NCBI RefSeq assembly: GCF_009914755.1
Contig: NC_060945.1
DNA: 64,000 nucleotides
Direction: 5' to 3' (one strand)
From: the human T2T-CHM13v2.0 reference genome, Homo sapiens
Shown here: piece by piece, positions 24,001 to 35,075 of the stretch
Layout: every line of letters begins with the position of its first letter
How positions within the stretch are numbered: the first letter of the stretch is position 1
Notes under the pieces: model-generated
Database searches by the model: none
What the model was told of the DNA's origin: nothing
Seen by the model: only the letters and a program-made list of their open reading frames with translations
Translations under genes and position numbers: made by a program

Positions 24001-24550
24001 AATGGAATGGAATGGAATAGAAGGGAATAGAATGGTGAAATGAAATGTGAGCTGAGATTGTGCCACTGCACTCCATCCTGGGTGACAAGTGAGATTCTAT
24101 CGAAAGAAAGGAATGGAACGGATTAGAGTGGAATGGAATGGAGTGGGGTAGAGTGGAGTGGAGTGTAGTGGAGTAGAGTGGAATAAAGAGGAATGGAATG
24201 GGATGTAATGGAAAGGAATGCAGTGGAGTGGAGTAAAGTGGAGTGGAGCGGAGTGGAGTGGTGTGGAGTGGAGAGGAGTGGAATGGAATGGAATGGAATG
24301 GAATGGAATGGAATGGAATGGCACGGTGAAATGAAATGTGGGCTGAGATTGTGCCACTTCACTACAGCCTGGGTGACGGAGTGAGTTCCTGAAGAAATAA
24401 AATAATGTAATAGAATGGATTGGAATGAAATGGAATGGAGTGTAGTGGACTGGAGTAGAGTGGAATGGAGTGGAGTAGAGTGGAAGGGAATGGAATGAAA
24501 TGAGATGGAATGGAATGGAATGGAATAGAATGGAGTGGAGTGGAGTGCAA
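1..24550 (+). repeat. Diverged classical satellite 3 (HSat3-like) array, (GGAAT)n/(GGAGT)n, G-rich strand on +; runs off the left edge of the window
   Basis: Continuous 5-bp periodicity of GGAAT and GGAGT with variants (GCAAT, GTAGT, GGATT, GGACT); + strand is almost C-free; ends at ...GGAGTGGAGTGCAA at 24550. Confidence 0.97.
185..24392 (+). repeat. About 60 interspersed, co-oriented copies of a ~57-bp Alu right-arm 3' terminal fragment embedded in the satellite
   Basis: Approximate starts: 185, 965, 1841, 2430, 2685, 3401, 4171, 4501, 4921, 5401, 5733, 6205, 6572, 7061, 7249, 7446, 7663, 7913, 8721, 9348, 9600, 10027, 10353, 10818, 11295, 11754, 11927, 12129, 12331, 12605, 12765, 13054, 13244, 13615, 13947, 14208, 14610, 14981, 15433, 16150, 16506, 16884, 17277, 17649, 18080, 18695, 18961, 19377, 19738, 20195, 20536, 20893, 21421, 21802, 22190, 22556, 22988, 23352, 24047, 24338. 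They match the Alu 3' end GTGAGCCGAGATCGCGCCACTGCACTCCAGCCTGGGCGACAGAGCGAGAC(C/T)C(T/C)GTC; compare the AluY at 63966-64000. Confidence 0.95.
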
Positions 24551-24889
24551 AAATCCTCAATAAAATACTAGCAAGGCGAATCCAGCAGCAAATCAAAAAG
24601 CTTATCCACCATGATCAAATGTGTTTCATCCCTGGGATGCAAGGCTGGTACAACATACGCAAATCAGTAAACGTAATCCATCATATAAACAGAACCAACG
24701 TCAAAAACCACGATTATCTCAATAGATGCAGAAAAGCCCTTTGACAAAATTCAACAACCTTCATGCTAAAAACTCTCAATAAATTAGATATTGATGGGAC
24801 GTATCTCAAAATATTAAGAGCTATTTATGACAAACCCGCAGCCAATATCATACTGAATGGGCAAAACCTGAAAGCATTCCCTTTGAAAA
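24546..24889 (+). mobile_element. Internal L1PA ORF2 (RT-region) fragment, lacking 5' part, 3'UTR and poly(A)
   Basis: TGCAAAAATCCTCAATAAAATACT...GCATTCCCTTTGAAAA, translating as [24 protein letters not shown] and [34 protein letters not shown]; homologous to ~45055-45400 of the full-length L1 in this window but with different diagnostic bases. Confidence 0.95.
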
Positions 24890-25140
24890 TCTCAGTTACC
24901 TTTCTTTTGGATATGTGTGTGAGGAAAGAGTACCTACAAACTACCCTTTTAGTTAAATGCCATATACAATAAATATTAATACCTACAGTCCTCATGTTGT
25001 ACATTAGAGCCCTCAATTTGTTAATTCTACATATCTGCAACTTTGCATCCTTCGAATTCTCTATCTCCATTTTCTCTTCTCACCCCCAGCCCCTGGTAAC
25101 CACTGTTTTATACTCTATCTCTGCATATTTACCTTTTTGC
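24890..25140 (-). mobile_element. Old L1MA-type 3'UTR fragment
   Basis: ACAGTCCTCATGTTGTACATTAGA...CCCCAGCCCCTGGTAACCACTGTTTTATACTCTATCTCTG resembles an antisense L1MA 3' end. Confidence 0.7.
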
Positions 25141-26483
25141 TGTTTTTGTCCTGAGAAGTTTATTGGGACTTTCAGCTAGGAGATAATATGTTCTGAGTCT
25201 TGATTATCTCAAATTATATCAGGTAAGAAGTTTTACTTGTCTGGAGAGCAGAGAGCAAGTGCATAATTTTATGCAGAAGAGGGAATAAAGAGAATTCTCT
25301 AATTAAAATTTGAATCAGAAATATGGTTCATATTTTTATGTACAACAATCTCTAAGGCTTCCTGGAAAGGAACTAGCTGCCTGATTTTTTTTCATTTGAA
25401 TCCTCTAATACATGAAGAGGATGATTCTACCATACCAATCACAAGAATGATATCTGTAGAATCAAAAGTTGAAATCCTATTATCCTAGAAGTTTTTTCAG
25501 AAAACTTGAACATGTATTGAAATGTCATGCTGGTCATATATGTTACAGCAATGAGGAATTTACTTATTATATACTTTAGCTTTTTAGCCCTTTCCCTGCC
25601 CACCAGAAATGTTTCTTTTGAATCCAATTTGGTCCTCAGAGTTTTAGAATGTTAAGGAATGTATAGGGGTATCTTTTTTCTTCTTTTTTTTTTTGTCAAG
25701 CTATTGTATATTTTTACTTTACCTGTTTGGGTATGTAGTTACTATTTGTTTGGACTGTCATACTAGAAAAAAATTATAGTGAATTTTACATGTATGGAGT
25801 CTTCATTAATCTGTATAAACTGACAAGTTTAGAATATCAAAGTCAACACTGTAAAAAATAAAGTGATATTTTATCTGGTCTATCTCCTTGCAAATAAAAG
25901 AACAATAAATTCTGTACTATTATGAAATATAAGAGCTTGAAAATTTTTCAAGTGTCTTGTATAGAATGGCCTTCGAATTCAAGGTATAAACTACAACAAA
26001 ACACTTTCGAGGTCTAGTTTGATTGAAGAGTGCATTCTTACTTATTTATATATTCTCTGCAATTTCTGATTCAAGATAGTCCACAATTCTAAAGGAAAAC
26101 CAAAATAGAATAATAATTACAAAACAAAATAAAAAGTAATTGAGGAAGACAATTGAGCAACTTATTCTTGACAACTAGCTTTTTAACAAACAGAAAAGTG
26201 CACTAAAAATACTGCCTAGTTGTTTAAAGTAGGCTGAGATCTGACTGTATCCCCTGAGTGTCATAAAGAAAAAACTACCTTTGAGGGAGCACAGTGATTA
26301 AATTTAAAAGATTTATTGTTTAACCTCAGGAAGACTTTCAATAACTTTTTATAAATTGTATACAGTTAATGGAAGACATGCTAGGCTTCTTGTAAGAATT
26401 TGTTCCAGATCACTGTGTATAATTAATGGCTTGTCTACATATTTTTTCAATAAAACTGTTCATGAAGAATTTTAAGTATGCAC

Positions 26484-27374
26484 TTTCAGTACCAGAATGA
26501 ATATATCTTTGTGAAGATACCATTTATGTACCATAACATCCAAAGCATAATGAGGAGATTTTGATACACTGCAGATTTAGAACTGAGTTGGAAAACAAAA
26601 CTTCAACATACTGTCTTGTCAGCACAAAGCAAATAAATTCATCACTGTCAGTTGAGATTTAAATTCACAAACTTATAAGCAATAAAATCAAAGTAATTTT
26701 GTTATAAGTTTTTTGACACCAGATTATATGGGGTAAATAATTTACTTTCTAATCAAGCAATTGATACATATAAACCTGAAATAGAGAGTTTTGCCTTTTA
26801 ATTAGATACATTGTTACGCAAAGAGTGGTTGAAGATGCAGTTGAGAATTATCTTTTTCTCTTTTTGCTGTTCTTACAAGGACAGTTTCTAGAATTCTTTT
26901 CAAAACAATAGAACAGAAAATTTCACTTACTCACTTAATTTAACTTTTGTTAAAGTACTTTGCCAAAATTAGCAAACTATGAAAGGAAAGTTTGCCTTTT
27001 CAATATATATGTAAGTGGCAAGTAAAAGTTGTTCTTAAATCACGTGATCTCATAGAAATAACATGGGATAAAAAGAGTTCTGAAGGTGTTCAGGAAATGC
27101 CAGTCCTAAATGTATTGCTTTGGTGTACTGATTACATTGAACTGAAAATATTTGAAAAATAACAACTGTGGGACATGCTTTCTCTGCACTCCCTTTACGT
27201 TCCTCAAGAGAGATCCTCCAAAAGGAATTTTCAATACCAGAATGAATGTATCTTTGTAAAGATACCATTTATCTACCATAACATCCAAAGCATGATGAGG
27301 AGATTTTTATACACTGCAGATTTAGAACTGAATTGGAAAACAAAGCTTCAAGATACTGTCTTGTCAGCACAAAG
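26484..27374 (+). repeat. Dispersed direct repeat of ~146 bp (26484-26629 and 27229-27374)
   Basis: TTTCA(G/A)TACCAGAATGAAT...ATACTGTCTTGTCAGCACAAAG present twice, 745 bp apart, about 90% identical by eye, no indels. Confidence 0.92.
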
Positions 27375-27788
27375 ACATTCATCTCCTTCCTAGGAGTTTC
27401 ATCAGCCAGGGAAAATTGACTCCTCATATCACAGGAGACAAGACTAAGAGTCCATTCCACACCAAGGCAGACTGCCACAAACTATCATCTATGCTCCTAG
27501 GGGTCTGGTCATCTTTCCCAAAAGTCATTTGCTCTCCCTTAAGTTTCCTACATTCTTCCTCCTGCCTTCCCTACAAGCTCCTAAATCTCACTGGGTTTTT
27601 TTCTTGGTGGTGTTTTGTTTGTTTTGTTTTGTTTTGTTTTTGATTCCACGTTTCTTTCCTGTGATTCCCCCATGCGTGTAATAAATGTGTACACATTTTC
27701 TTCTTTTGACATGCCTGTTATCCATTTATTCAATAGACTCAGTTATCATACCTTCAGAGGGTAGAGGGAAAGGTCTCCAAGTCCTACA
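27375..27788 (+). mobile_element. ERV1 solo LTR fragment, MER34/MER39-like
   Basis: AATAAATGTGTACACATTTTC polyA signal region and terminal ACCTTCAGAGGGTAGAGGGAAAGGTCTCCAAGTCCTACA ending in CA, typical of this LTR group. Confidence 0.6.
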
Positions 27789-29416
27789 GTTCCAAAAGAA
27801 AATAGCTAGTAATGCAAATGCAAAAGTCATATAAACTTTGAGACAAAGTTAGCGTCTTATATGGTACGTTCAGAAAGAAGAGGTGTGTTGCACACCAAGG
27901 GACATTTTCCTGGTCTTAGCTACTAAGTTTCTCTGAGAAGAAGCAGTCACTACTACAGCAGTTAAACACCTGACTCCCAAATTATAAAAGCCTAAGTGTT
28001 CAGATTAAATCATGAGTTGTCACCTGTGAATCATAAAGTCTGAACTCTTTAAATTGCAAACACTCATAGAAAAACGATTCTTACACAGGGATCCATGAGT
28101 GGAACTGCAAAGTTTTGTCAAAATCTATATATATGTTTTCTTTTTAAGGGTCATAGATTTCAATATATGTTAAAAGATATCTGGGGCTAGTAAAGATTAA
28201 TAACCATTTTCAGTTTTGTGCTGAAATTGGCAAATCATGGCTTTTCTCCCTCCAACACACCCCCTCCCGCCTCAGCACACCACTGGTTAATCTTTATTTT
28301 CAGGAGAGAAAAAGATGTTTCATATTAATAAAGGTAAATTATACACTTGTTTGTTTTATACTTTTCCACCTCTTAAGCTTAATCGTGTTTTAATAATGTA
28401 TAATTGAATACATTAACATTTAGATGTTAGTAAATGAATAACAAATGTTCATTATTTCTCTTGAGTAGAGGAATAAAAATTTTGCACCTGTTGTATAGAA
28501 TGATTTTTAAAATCTCATTCAATCCTTCAGAAGTTTAAGATTTTTTTTCAAGAATTTTTATATAAAATTTTTACTCAGAAGCAGATAGCTCACAAAAAGT
28601 ATGGGGGTTTTTTGGATTATAAATAAACTATTCCACTCACCAAGATGCTGAGACATCCTACTTTCTGGTATTTTGAAATAAAAACAAAACACAAGAATGT
28701 GACGATGAAGCAAGTGAAAATTAAAAGGGTACAGACTTTAGAAGTATCATAAGCTAAAAATAAAATGAAACAAACCTGTAAAGGAACCAAAAGCCCAGGT
28801 AGATATAATACAGTAAATTATGAGAAGCTAAAAAAAATGAGGAGGTGATAAACAATAAAGTGAAAATCTCTGATAAAGCCAAAACTACTTGAATGGCAGT
28901 CAACAAAACAGAAGAAAAAAATGACACTCATAACAAGGCAGAACTATGGAAATGCATCCCTGGGGGTAAGATAATAGAGTTGCGAATTAGTGGAGGTGGA
29001 TCACAAATACTGGCCAAATAAAGCCCGCTAACATAATTCAAAGGACAGAGAAATTCTGTAGCTGAAGATAAAAAGTCTGAAATACATTATGGTATAGTCA
29101 AATGAGTGTCATTTCTAATAGACACACTTATTTTTCAAGAGTTGATAATATGAAGTAAAAATTTAGTATGCAAAGTTCAAATTTTCCATTTGTTGAGTAA
29201 TTCATTTTTATTAAATATTTTCCAACAATTAAACTAAAGTGGTACCAGAACAGAGTAGACATTCTGAGTTTTCACTTTACAAAAGCTACACATAAATCAA
29301 CGTACTTCTTAAGGGTATAAACAAAGTCAGAGCCTGTGTGATATTTCAATAAACAATTGGAGAAAATTTTTTTAAGAATAGATTATATACATATTGACCT
29401 CTTTGAGAACCTTATT

Positions 29417-31231
29417 TTTTTCTTTTTTTTGTGTGTGTGTTTGTTTTTTTGTGTGTGTGTGTGTTTTCATTTCTTTTTTAAATTATTATTATTATACTTT
29501 AAGTTTTAGGGTACATGTGCACAACGTGCAGGTTCGTTACATATGTATACATGTGCCATGTTGGTGTGCTGCACCCATTAACTCGTCATTTACATTAGGT
29601 GTATCTCCTAATGCTATCCCTCCCCCCTCCCCCCACCCCACAACAGTTCCCAGTGTGTGATGTTCCCCTTCCTGTGTCCATGTGTTCTCATTGTTCAATT
29701 CCCACCTATGAGTGAGAACATGCGGTGTTTGGCTTTTCATCTTTGCGATAGTTTACTGAGAATGATGGTTTCCAGCTTCATCCATGTCCCTACAAAGGAC
29801 ATAAACTCATCATTTTTATGGCTTCATAGTATTGCATGGTGTATATGTGCCACATTTTCTTAATCCAGTCTATCATCGTTGGACATTTGGGTTGGTTCCA
29901 AGTCTTTGCTATTGTGAATAGTGCCACAATAAACATACGTGTGCATGTGTCTTTAGAGCAGCATGACTTATAATCCTTTGGGTACATACCCAGTAATGGG
30001 ATGGCTGGGTCAAATGGTATTTCTAGTTCTAGATCCCTGAGGAATCACCACACCGACTTCCACAATGGTTGAAATAGTTCACAGTCCCATCAACAGTGTA
30101 AAAGTTTTCCTATTTCTCCACATCCTCTCCAGCACCTGTTGTTTCCTGACTTTTTAATGATTGCCATTCTAACTGGTGTGAGATGGTATCTCATTGTGGT
30201 TTTGATTTGCTTTTCTCTGATGGGCAGTGATAGCATTTTTTCATGTGTTTTTTGGCTGCATAAATGTCTTCTTTTTAGAAGTGTCTGTTCATATCCTTCG
30301 CCCACTTTTTGATGGGGTTGTTTTTTTCTTGTAAATTTGTTTGAGTTCATTGTAGATTCTGGATATTAGCCCTTTGTCAGATGAGTAGGTTGTGAAACTT
30401 TTCTCCCATTCTGTATGTTGCCTGTTCACTCTGATGGTGGTTTCTTTTGCTGTGCAGAAGCTCTTTAGTTTAATTAGATCCCATTTGTCAATTTTGGCTT
30501 TTGTTGCCATTGCTCTTGGTGTTTTAGACATGAAGTCCTTGCCCATGCCTATGCCCTGAATGGTATTGCCTAGTTTTTTTCTATGGTTTTTATGATTTTA
30601 GGTCTAACATGTAAGTCTTTAATCCATCTTGAATTAATTTTTGTATAAGGTGTAAGGAAGGGATCCAGTTTCAGCTTTCTACATATGGCTTGCCAGTTTT
30701 CCCAGCACCATTTATTAAATAGGGAATCCTTTCCCTAGTTCTTGTTTTTGTCAGGTTTCTCAAAGATCAGATAGTTGTAGATATGCGGCATTATTTCTGA
30801 GGGCTCTGTTCCATTCCATTGGCCTCTATCTCTCTTTTGGTATAAGTACCATGCTCTTTTGGTCACTGTAGCCTTGTAGTATAGTTTGAAGTCAGGTAGC
30901 GTCGTACCTCCAGCTTTGTTCTTTTGGCTTAGGATTGACTTGGCAATGCAGGCTCTTTTTTGGTTCCATATGAACTTTAAAGTAGTTTTTTCCAATTCTG
31001 TGAAGAAAGTCATTGGTAGCTTGATGGGGATGGCATTCAATCTATAAATTACCTTGGTCAGTATGGCCATTTTTACAATATTGATTCTTCCTACCCATGA
31101 GCATGGAAGGTTCTTACATTTGTTTGTATCTTCTTTTATTTCATTGAGCAGTGGTTTGTAGTTCTCCTTGAAGAGGTCCTTCACATCCCTTGTAAGTTGG
31201 ATTTCTAGGTATTTTATTTTCTTTGAGTCAA
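29417..31231 (-). mobile_element. 5'-truncated L1PA (PA4/PA5-like): ORF2 C-terminus, 3'UTR and decayed poly(A)
   Basis: Antisense L1 3'UTR (TTATACTTTAAGTTTTAGGGTACATGTGCACAAC); ORF2 peptides [30 protein letters not shown] and [23 protein letters not shown]; TSD TTGAGA(A/T)CCTTATT at 29403-29416 and 31232-31245. Confidence 0.96.
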
Positions 31232-31269
31232 TTGAGATCCTTATTGTGAGATTCAATTCAGAATCTGGG

Positions 31270-31567
<298 letters not shown>

Positions 31568-33136
31568 CAGAATCTGGGTCTTAACCAGATTTGCCATTAT
31601 AAAATGAAATGAAACCAAAACCACCAGTCAATATCTGTAGCAGTGTTATTGTTGGGGAGCATGCACGTTTGTTTGAGCTTACTTATATATACAGAGCTGT
31701 TTAGCTTAATCTTTAAATTGAAAATTTTTAGTATTTTTAGAATGTTTTAGATACTTTGATGAATAAATTTTGTGTTAACAAACTACTATTAATAAAACTT
31801 ATAAATTAAATATTTCTGAACACATTGGCAGATGTAAATGACAAAGTTATATTCACACAATCAGTTTTTCTTGCACAGAATTGACATTTTGTCAAAAAGT
31901 TAAAATCTTTGAAATGTGTTTTCTGTCTCATCTTTCCCCTTTTGAGCATTTTTCCCCCTGGGTTGGTTATAAAATATTCCCTAACTTCAGGCATCTGGTT
32001 AAGTTTTGGGTTTTCTCCCTTCCTACCAACTCATATGGATTGGTAATGATCTGATAGAAGACAATTGCCAAAAATCAATCAAATATGTTTTAAATGAAAC
32101 TTCTCCAAGATAATATTCATATTAATCCTTCTTTAATTGCTGAATGAGTAATAATTGTTCACTGACCCTTAAAATCCTAAAACTTAATCAGCTCACTGGA
32201 GTGGATGAATGGATGTTTGTCTAGAAGAGAATGCTTAAGGTCTACTTCAAGGAGTTCATAATGGTAAAAATGTCCTTTTCTTCCATCAGAAACTTCATCC
32301 TGATCTTTTCATCCTTGTTTTTCTACTAGCTCTCCTTCTCCAAATACACTGACTTGGAACCCCAGTTTCAGTGGTGGACTGCGTGGATTTGATTCTAAGC
32401 TATGCTATAATGAGAAAGTAGCTCTAACCCTATTCTCATTTTCTTCACCTGTAATATAGAAATCATCATCAGACAATATACAGATAGGGGCCAGTTATTT
32501 CACAGATAATAATAGGTGAAAATGGAGAGTATGTGGGTGTAGGCATGGAAAAGTGAGTTTAAATGGTTTCAGGAGTCTGTGGAAATTGTCTTTGGGTGAT
32601 TCAATGTTCTCAGGGAAGCACACCCAAAAAGACATTGAGGATTTCTGGGGAAGTGTTAGGGATTAGAGACAGGATAAGATACAAAACTAGGAAAATTAGA
32701 GAGTGAATAGATTGGAACATATGTAGTATGATTGATTGATAGGCGGCACTCAGATTCTCAGTTTCAAGTGGGATATTTTTCAATTTGATCCATATAGCTA
32801 GTTGCTAAAATATATGTGGGGATTTGGTGGAAATTTGGATCTAACCAGGGTTATTTTCCTGGTTAGATTCAGCAAAGTGAAAGAGAAACAAGGAAGTTGA
32901 AGTTTCCTGGGAATGGTTGGCCACGGAATTTAGGCAGGAGAACAGGAAATAGAGTACATCAGTAGGTAAGGGTCATTATAAATATGATAAAATAATAGTT
33001 TGGAGGTCTCAGAGAGATTGAAAAATTTTATGTCAGCGTATGAAAGGGAATGATTAAAGGAGGAGTTCAGAGAATGGGATGAATGAAATTGTGACTACAG
33101 AGGAGTTGCTATTATAAGTAACGACGATGCTTCACT

Positions 33137-33330
33137 CAGTCCCTCTGGAAGTGTGGTCCCTGTGCTAGCAGCAACAGCATCACCTGGGAACTTACTAGAA
33201 CTGCATATTCTCAGGTTACACCCCCAGATCTTCCAAATATGAAATTCCAATAGCAGGTCTCAGCAATCTCTTATTGTAACACAACTGTAGGCAATTTTGA
33301 GGCACACAGTAGTTAGCACAACTGGTCTAG
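33137..33330. mobile_element. MER5A-like hAT-Charlie DNA transposon fossil
   Basis: AAGTGTGGTCCC...CAGCAACAGCATCACCTGGGAACTTACTAGAACTGCATATTCTCAGG...AACTGGTCTAG. Confidence 0.75.
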
Positions 33331-34010
33331 TGTATGTCTTATTTGGTCTTCCTCCCCGGTTCACAGTACAGAGCTCCTGAAACTTGAAATTTCCTGATAG
33401 AGATGAGAGGACCATCCTTTACTAGTCATAAGTCCCTCTTAGCCATACCTGAGTTTATGCTATTGACATGACATGAGTGGTGGCTGGAGACCCGTATGGC
33501 TTCAGGGTGGGTGCTTGACACCAGAAACATGAAGGCATAACTAGATGGTTAAAACTGTCAGCCCTCTCCTCCATCACCTCTGAGGTGCTGGGAGGGTGAT
33601 ACAATGATATACTTAGAGGTCATATGGCAGCTTTGTGCCCCTTTTCACCATACCTGGCCCTATGTGTCTCTTCTATTTGACAGTTCCTGATTTGTATCAG
33701 ACAGTAACTGTAAGCAAAGTGCTTTCTTGGGTTCTGTGAGCCATCTTAGCAAATTATAGAACCTGGGGAAGGAATCCATGGAAGTCCTAATTTATAGCCA
33801 GTTGGTCAGGAGTATGGCAGGCCCACAACTCCTCTCTAATGGTGGGGGGGTGGCAGTCTTGTGGTCCTGAACCCTGAACTTGTGGGATCTGATTCTATCT
33901 CCAGATAGATAGTCTCAGGATTGAATTGAATTGTAGGACACCATTTGGTGTCCTGAGAGTTGAAAAATTGATTGGGGTGAGACTAAACCAACAAATTTCA
34001 TCTCAGAAGT
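33331..34010 (+). mobile_element. MER21-like LTR
   Basis: CATACCTGAGTTTATGCTA, GTTCTGTGAGCCATCTTAGCAAATTATAGAACCTG, GGCAGTCTTGTGG...TGTGGGATCTGA...GATTGAATTGAATTGTAGGACACC motifs. Confidence 0.75.
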
Positions 34011-34849
34011 TTGAGTAGAAATAATTCTGTTGGAAAACATTATCGTTAGATCAAAGGTGTTAATAGAACTGAGAGATCAAAATGGCAAAGAGTCATCTAT
34101 GATTAAACATTGTTGACATAAACTAGAATTAAGACAAGAGTATGTCAAAGAGAGTTACATTGAGCCAGGGATAAAAATAGTCAATTGATTGATTAGAATT
34201 TAGTAAATGCTATTTTTTGAAAAATTAATATTTAGTTAATTGAGATACTTAATTATCTCCATTTTGACTTTAAATTTAAAACTAAAAAATTGATATTTTA
34301 TCTATTTTCCATAAATGGAAATTGAAAAGCAATAGCAAAATGCTTCGACAGAAAATCTGCCCTTCTTATTCCCAAGAGGAAGAATGGCCAACTACCTTAA
34401 GAATAAGTTAGAAAAACTTTCATAATTTTTTAAGTTGCCATATTTTATAGCTTTGAACAAGTTGAATTATTAACTAGACTGCCCAGGGAATGGAGCCATC
34501 TAATATAATTTCCTTACTATTTAGATAAAATCTTTGTTGTTGAAAATCTTAATCATTTTTAATGATCCTGTTTTCAGAGCCTGATATTAATGATTCGTGA
34601 AACTCATTAAATGCAGTTATGCATCTGATTTGAAAATCATGAGGGAGATTTTTGGTCAGATATGCATAGCAAATCTATGTCACTAGACATAAGTCCCTTC
34701 TACCCATGCCACAACCTTTATGTCTACTCTTGAATTGAGGTTTTGCTACGTTTTATTTTTGAGGTTTAAGAATTATTCATTTAACTGTCGGAAAATTGTG
34801 TTTCTCTTGTTAGAATAGAGCCCAATTTGTCCTTTCTATTTTTCATGGA

Positions 34850-35075
34850 GACATGAAAGGATGTGAATTTGCAATCAGAGAAACCTGAGTTCCACCATGC
34901 TTTCTTCCTCTTGCAAGCCATGAAATCCACAGTGGGTTAGTGGATATTACAAACCCCTGGTCCCACCTTATTAAGATGGAAAAAAATAAGACTAATTGAA
35001 AGAACAAATGTGGTAATGAGAAGAAATGGTATCAATAAAGTTCCTGGAACACAGTAAGTTCTAACAAATGCTAGT
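34850..35075 (+). mobile_element. Degraded MIR
   Basis: AATCAGAGAAACCTGAGTTC at the 5' side and CCTGGAACACAGTAAGTTCTAACAAATGCTAG at the 3' side. Confidence 0.5.

Noticed and set aside
185-24392. CRISPR-like repeat-spacer architecture
   Set aside because: The repeats are Alu-derived and ~57 bp, the spacers are long, variable satellite tracts, there are no cas genes, and the DNA is primate.
185-24392. About 60 independent Alu insertions, or 7SL/Alu ncRNA genes
   Set aside because: Identical breakpoints, shared private mutations, and no TSDs, A-tails or Pol III A/B boxes.
1-24550. Telomeric, alpha-satellite or HSat2 identity; canonical heat-shock elements
   Set aside because: No TTAGGG arrays, no 171-bp monomers and no regular CATTCGATTC pattern. 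The nGAAn units are head-to-tail rather than the alternating inverted arrangement of a canonical HSE.
208-24596. Very long ORFs (up to 1231 aa, HSIPF/HSTPL and MEWNG/VEWSG repeats)
   Set aside because: CATTC/CACTC pentamers contain no stop codons in any frame, so overlapping ORFs in all frames are a compositional artefact, not genes.
25171-25228. Exon-like TTCAG...CAG|GTAAGA segment
   Set aside because: An isolated 47-nt candidate with no recognisable coding similarity or partner exons; such motifs occur by chance in AT-rich DNA.
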